Made by a program: the position numbers and the translations under genes. DNA of 64,000 nt from Chloroflexota bacterium (GTDB taxonomy: Bacteria; Chloroflexota; UBA11872; VXOZ01), in contig OZ219801.1 of NCBI GenBank assembly GCA_964291655.2, positions 736,001 to 800,000 of the forward strand, written 5' to 3'. A model generated the notes under the pieces. That model was given only the letters and a program-made list of their open reading frames with translations, was not told the origin of the DNA and searched no databases. Shown here piece after piece: positions 59,621 to 64,000 of the stretch. Numbering within the stretch: position 1 is the first letter of the stretch; every line of letters begins with the position of its first letter.

Positions 59621-61813
59621 GTGACGCGCATTCTGGGGCCGGCATTCCTTGTCGGTATCGTGCTGGGAACTGTCTTGCCGCCACTTCCGCTGGTGGTGCT
59701 TGCCCTTTTGCTGGTGAGTTGCCTAGGCTTGGCGGCCATGGGCATGCGTCCCGTGGCTTTGGGCGCGCTACTCCTTCTTGCCACCGTGCTGGGGATGGTC
59801 CGCACCCACACCACGGAAACCGCCTCAGCCGCCAAGCCTCTGGACCCCTACCTTGCGCAGTCGGTCACGCTGCGGGGCTGGGTAGCGTCTGAGCCGGTCC
59901 GCTCCGAGCGCAGCACGCGGGTCAGATTCAACACGGAGTCTCTATGGGTAGACGACACCTGGCAGCCGATCTCCGGTCAGGTGTGGGTAACACTGCCGCC
60001 CAGGCTTTCGGCACGGTACGGCATGGTATGGGAACTAAGCGGACGCCTGGAAGCGCTTGAGAGCCTGAATAGTCCGTCGTACCAACGCTACCTTGAGCGG
60101 CGGGGCGCACAGGCGCTGCTGGCCTTTCCACAGGTTGAGTTTCTATCAGGCGAACGCGGCCAGCCGATCTTGCGCGCACTCTACGGGGTGAAGGAACGGC
60201 TGCTTGGCGTTATGGAAGAAATCCTGCCACGGCCTCATGCCCCGTTACTCCAAGGGATTCTGCTCGGAGCGCGGGCCGGGATTCCCGCTACGCTGCGGCA
60301 GGCATTCGATCTCTCCGGCACCACACACCTCATCGCCATCTCCGGCTTCAACATGACCATCGTCGCCATCATGCTGGAGAGTGTCACGCGGCGTTTCTTT
60401 GGCAGGCGGTCACTGTGGATCAGCATGGCCGGAGTCGCGCTCTACACAATCCTGGTTGGTGCGAACCCGGCTGTGGTGCGGGCGGCAGTCATGGCAATTC
60501 TGCTGCTGTTCGCCGCAACCCTGGGACGGGACCGCGATCCCTGGTCGGCGCTTGCTTTAGCAGCGGTGGCCATGACCGCCTGGGAACCAACCATCTTGTG
60601 GGACGTAGGATTCCAGCTTTCTGTGGCCGCCACGGCCGGACTGCTCGTGCTCTCGAATCCCTTGCATGACCGGCTCCGCTGGCTGCCGTATCCCTTGCCC
60701 GCAGTTGTCGCGCCCACACTCGCCGCGCAGCTCTTCGTCTTGCCGCTACTGATATTCGTGTTTGGTCGCGTATCGCCGTTCTTTCTCATCAGCAACGTCC
60801 TGGCTTTGCCGCTCATACCCTGGATCATGCTCAGCGGAGCGGTAGCAACCGCAGTGGGCCTCATCCATACGGCCACCGGTCAGGTCTTGGCATGGAGCGC
60901 CTATCTACCCATGGAGGCGTTCATCCGCATTGCCACGGAGGTGAGCCGTTGGCCGTCGTTTACGGTTTCCCCAGGCGCTCTGCTACCAGCCGCGCTTGCG
61001 GTGATCTTAATAGCGATCGTTGTAGCTTGGACGCGTCGCAGAGTGCCTGAAGCAGGTGCAGGCCGCAGCATGGAGAGCACGCCGCTCTCCTGGACGACGA
61101 TCTTCAGCCTCGGCACGGTTGGGAGCATCCTCTTTGTGCTGTGGGGGAGCGTTGCGGCTGACTTCAATCGTCAACCCAGCGTCACGCTGATCGAACGATC
61201 CCTCGGCAGCACCGTCATGATTCAGACGGCCAACCGCCGCCCGCTGCTCATCGGCTTTCGCGAGCCACCCAGCGGCTATGACCTGGACCGCTTGCTGCCT
61301 ATCTGGCAACGCAATAACACCCTTTGGATCGGTGGCAGTGAGACCTTGCAGCCTCGGGACAACGTTGGCGCCATCATCCAGAGCGATGGCGAGAACTGGC
61401 AATTGCAGGCCCAAGAGGCGAATGAGCTCCTGGCCAGCGGGGAGCAGTATCGAATTGCACTCGGAGCCTCAGATGCCCTTCACATTCACGCCGAGCGTAC
61501 GCCGGAGTTCATGCTCGCCAAGTTTGGCAGCCAGCAACTTGCTATCATACAGTCAAGCGCAAGCGTAGATCGTGTACCGCCGGTGGAGGTGCTCATCGTG
61601 CAAGGGGCAGTTACACCGGCCCGGCTGGCACACTTTATCGAAACTCTGCAGCCACACTTGGTCTTGTTGGACGAGCCGTGGCCGGATGTGAACGACGTCC
61701 AATGGAGGGAGCAAGGAATCAAGGTCGTGCGGCCGCCACCTCGGGGCTACGTGACACTCCGTTGGGATGGTCTGGTGTGGCAGATAGTGCAATCTGAAAG
61801 GGAAGAAATATGA
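59621..61813 (+). CDS. comEC: ComEC/Rec2 competence protein
   Basis: OB-like DUF4131 region, G..HLIAISGFN, PAVVRA, GFQLS, SNVLALP. Confidence 0.9.
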   Translation: MTRILGPAFLVGIVLGTVLPPLPLVVLALLLVSCLGLAAMGMRPVALGALLLLATVLGMVRTHTTETASAAKPLDPYLAQSVTLRGWVASEPVRSERSTRVRFNTESLWVDDTWQPISGQVWVTLPPRLSARYGMVWELSGRLEALESLNSPSYQRYLERRGAQALLAFPQVEFLSGERGQPILRALYGVKERLLGVMEEILPRPHAPLLQGILLGARAGIPATLRQAFDLSGTTHLIAISGFNMTIVAIMLESVTRRFFGRRSLWISMAGVALYTILVGANPAVVRAAVMAILLLFAATLGRDRDPWSALALAAVAMTAWEPTILWDVGFQLSVAATAGLLVLSNPLHDRLRWLPYPLPAVVAPTLAAQLFVLPLLIFVFGRVSPFFLISNVLALPLIPWIMLSGAVATAVGLIHTATGQVLAWSAYLPMEAFIRIATEVSRWPSFTVSPGALLPAALAVILIAIVVAWTRRRVPEAGAGRSMESTPLSWTTIFSLGTVGSILFVLWGSVAADFNRQPSVTLIERSLGSTVMIQTANRRPLLIGFREPPSGYDLDRLLPIWQRNNTLWIGGSETLQPRDNVGAIIQSDGENWQLQAQEANELLASGEQYRIALGASDALHIHAERTPEFMLAKFGSQQLAIIQSSASVDRVPPVEVLIVQGAVTPARLAHFIETLQPHLVLLDEPWPDVNDVQWREQGIKVVRPPPRGYVTLRWDGLVWQIVQSEREEI

Positions 61814-62634
61814 TCCGCAAGCTGGCAGTCGTTGGGGGCGGCGCGATGGGCGAGGCCCTTCTCGCCGCTGCAATTGCGCAAGAAGTGTGCAGCCCTAAAG
61901 CCATCACGGTCGGTGAACCGGTGGCAAGCCGCCGCGAACATCTCCAGCAGACTCATGGCATTGCCGTGGATTTAAATAACGTCAGCGTAGTCGCGGGAGC
62001 CGATGTCGTCATCCTCGCCGTCAAACCCCAGCACGCCCAGGCGGCGCTGCCGCCGCTTCAGGAGGCGTTGAGCCAGGACTCGCTCATAGTTTCCATCATG
62101 GCCGGCGTCCCATTGAGCACGATTGGTTCGCTCCTCGATCACCGGCGCCTTGTGCGCGCTATGCCCAGTATCCTGGCAACTATTGGGGAAGCCGCAACGG
62201 TGTGGACGGCTACCGCCGAAACGACGGCGGACCAACGATCTCAAGCTCAAGCCTTGTTCCAAGCCGCGGGACTGGAACTCTTCGTGCCGGATGAACACTA
62301 CCTGGACATGGCAACCGCCGTAAACGGCAGCGGCCCAGGATTCGTATTCCTCCTGCTGGAAGCTCTTATCGACGGCGCCGTTCGCGTAGGATTGCCGCGA
62401 GATACGGCGACTGCGCTCATCGTACAGACGGTCAAAGGGTCTGCCCTTCTCGCGCAGAACGATAAGCGGCACCTCGCAGAACTCCGCAATCTTGTCACGT
62501 CGCCGGGCGGCACCACGGCTGAAGGGCTGCAGGCGCTGGAACAGGGCGGCGTCCGCGCAGCCTTGCAGGATGCCGTCATGGCCGCGTATAGCCGCTCGCA
62601 AGCTCTTGCAGCACCTGATTCGAACAACCGCTAA
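61810..62634 (+). CDS. proC: Pyrroline-5-carboxylate reductase
   Basis: GGGAMG, LAVKPQ, SIMAG, GSGPG, VTSPGGTT. Confidence 0.96.
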   Translation: MIRKLAVVGGGAMGEALLAAAIAQEVCSPKAITVGEPVASRREHLQQTHGIAVDLNNVSVVAGADVVILAVKPQHAQAALPPLQEALSQDSLIVSIMAGVPLSTIGSLLDHRRLVRAMPSILATIGEAATVWTATAETTADQRSQAQALFQAAGLELFVPDEHYLDMATAVNGSGPGFVFLLLEALIDGAVRVGLPRDTATALIVQTVKGSALLAQNDKRHLAELRNLVTSPGGTTAEGLQALEQGGVRAALQDAVMAAYSRSQALAAPDSNNR

Positions 62635-62749
62635 CCGCGACTGGACTCGCTGGGCACTCTAGAACGGAAAAGATCCCAAGGCCGCACCTATAGGAGACAG
62701 CGGCGCGGACCTTGTACGTAACTGGCCGCAGCGGCGTTTGAGGACAACC

Positions 62750-62930
62750 TGAATTGACCGTTCGTGCCGAGCATATTGACCGTTCGTGCCGAGCCCATTA
62801 ACTGTTCGTATTGAGCCTGTTGACCGTTCGTGCTGAGCCTGCTGACCGTTCGTGCTGAGCCTGTTGACCGTTCGTACTGAGCCTGCTGACCGTTCGTACT
62901 GAGCCTGTCGAAGTATGAACGGTCAATTCA
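62750..62930. repeat. 22-bp tandem array (x7) derived from a REP arm, closed by an inverted arm
   Basis: tgaccgttcgtgctgagcctg(t/c) units ending …gtcgaagtatgaacggtcaattca, the inverse of the leading tgaattgaccgttc. Confidence 0.85.
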
Positions 62931-63010
62931 AAGCGCGTTGCGTAACGAGGAGCGTCGAGAGTAGCTCGTTTGCACGATTCACTTCTGTCCCGCTACTGAC
63001 TTGGAACACT

Positions 63011-64000
63011 CTACAGCCAGCGCCGGAGCCAGTCCACTGCCACCGTCCCGTGCCACTGGTGTTCGCCCTCAAAGACATCGAGCGCTAAACGCTCCGGCGC
63101 CTCGAGCATTGCGTAGACATCCGCCAGCTTGTCATACGCATCGTGCACGCCCGGCAGCGGGAAGATCGGGTCCTCCGTGCCTGCCTCAATCAGCAGCGGT
63201 CGGGGCGCGATCAGGGCGCCGACGTCAGCCATTTCCGCGTGTCCCAGTATGCCGGGGATGTAGTTGTCCTCGCAGTGACGCATCGCCATGATCGACCATT
63301 GCCACGTGCAGAAATAGCCGCTGATTACGGCTGCCGTAATGCGTGGGTCCATGGCCGCAGCAAACGTTGTCACCGTACCCCCGCCGGAGAGGCCGACGCA
63401 CGCTAGAGAACCGGATCTTGCGAGACCTGCTTGGTTGGCGTACTCTTCCGCGTAGTCGATCACGCGCATGACGTCCCACACGCGCATGCCGATCATCGTG
63501 CGTCCCAGCATGAGGGCATTCATGCTGGCCTGGCGGCAGGAGGACTGGCCCGGCGACTGCGCAACGTCCTCCATCTCGCGGCGCTCGCCGAACGCGCGTT
63601 GCTCCGGCGCAAACACCAGAAAGCCCTGTCGCGCAAGCTGGCGTCCGTAGTCATGGTTGCAGCGCCGCATGTGTTCCGCCACCTGCTCGTCCTGGGGCTC
63701 GCCGATGACTTCCTGCACTCCGGAGCCGTGACCGTGCAGCGCAATCACAGTGGGATAGGAACTTTGCCCGGTACCGGGCTTCAGGACGTATAGGGGCAGG
63801 CGCACACCCGCTTCGCTCGTAATCTCAACCTTCTGCTGGATGTAGCCGTCCTTCTGCACCGTCGCGAGCACCTTCGGCGCGTGGTCTTCACGCGGCCAAC
63901 TAAAGCCACCTAGCAAGCTCGCTACCTTCGCCCGCAACTCGGCTTGCCATTGCGGGAAACCGGCGTGTCCAATCCCACCGTAGTCATGCTTGGGAAGAGT
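63011..64000 (-). CDS. Dienelactone hydrolase / acetyl-xylan-esterase-like alpha/beta hydrolase (5' partial)
   Basis: LHGHG, GLSGGG, APRPLLIEAG.ED.IFP, GEH. Frame open to the window end. Confidence 0.88.
   Translation of the reverse strand, partial: TLPKHDYGGIGHAGFPQWQAELRAKVASLLGGFSWPREDHAPKVLATVQKDGYIQQKVEITSEAGVRLPLYVLKPGTGQSSYPTVIALHGHGSGVQEVIGEPQDEQVAEHMRRCNHDYGRQLARQGFLVFAPEQRAFGERREMEDVAQSPGQSSCRQASMNALMLGRTMIGMRVWDVMRVIDYAEEYANQAGLARSGSLACVGLSGGGTVTTFAAAMDPRITAAVISGYFCTWQWSIMAMRHCEDNYIPGILGHAEMADVGALIAPRPLLIEAGTEDPIFPLPGVHDAYDKLADVYAMLEAPERLALDVFEGEHQWHGTVAVDWLRRWL

Overview
Bacterial chromosomal window, most likely Chloroflexota. This is an inference from the long hisG with a HisS-like partner, the Uma2 endonuclease, many Gfo/GMC/sulfatase/DegT genes and a Chloroflexi-style surface-protein N-terminus. 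Housekeeping backbone: secD(partial)-hisS/Z-hisG-secF, alr, folP, tRNA-Pro(GGG), a sulfur-handling neighbourhood (rrf2-moeB-mec, larE, yeeE-tusA), aroE-aroC-aroK-aroB, comEC and proC, plus many catabolic enzymes. Two things stand out. (1) A visibly AT-richer two-gene cassette sits between aroE and aroC. It encodes an MT-A70 adenine methyltransferase and a 769-aa protein combining a PD-(D/E)xK-like nuclease motif, a DGQHR (DndB/ParB-like) domain and a C-terminal Swt1-like HEPN RxxxxH motif. This is a candidate undescribed defence system. A second AT-richer orphan SAM-binding gene lies just upstream of aroE. (2) The intergenic DNA holds nested miniature transposons with at least five kinds of terminal repeat, plus one full IS1182. 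They repeatedly insert into REP-like hairpins, and several carry such hairpins as cargo. TIRs and target-site duplications can be read directly. Smaller oddities: aroK appears to start at a non-canonical ATA overlapping the aroC stop, a GT2 gene has an in-frame amber codon, and a 1063-aa surface protein has six copies of a two-Cys beta domain and a long (PT)n tail. All functional calls come from motif recognition by eye; no database searches were run.
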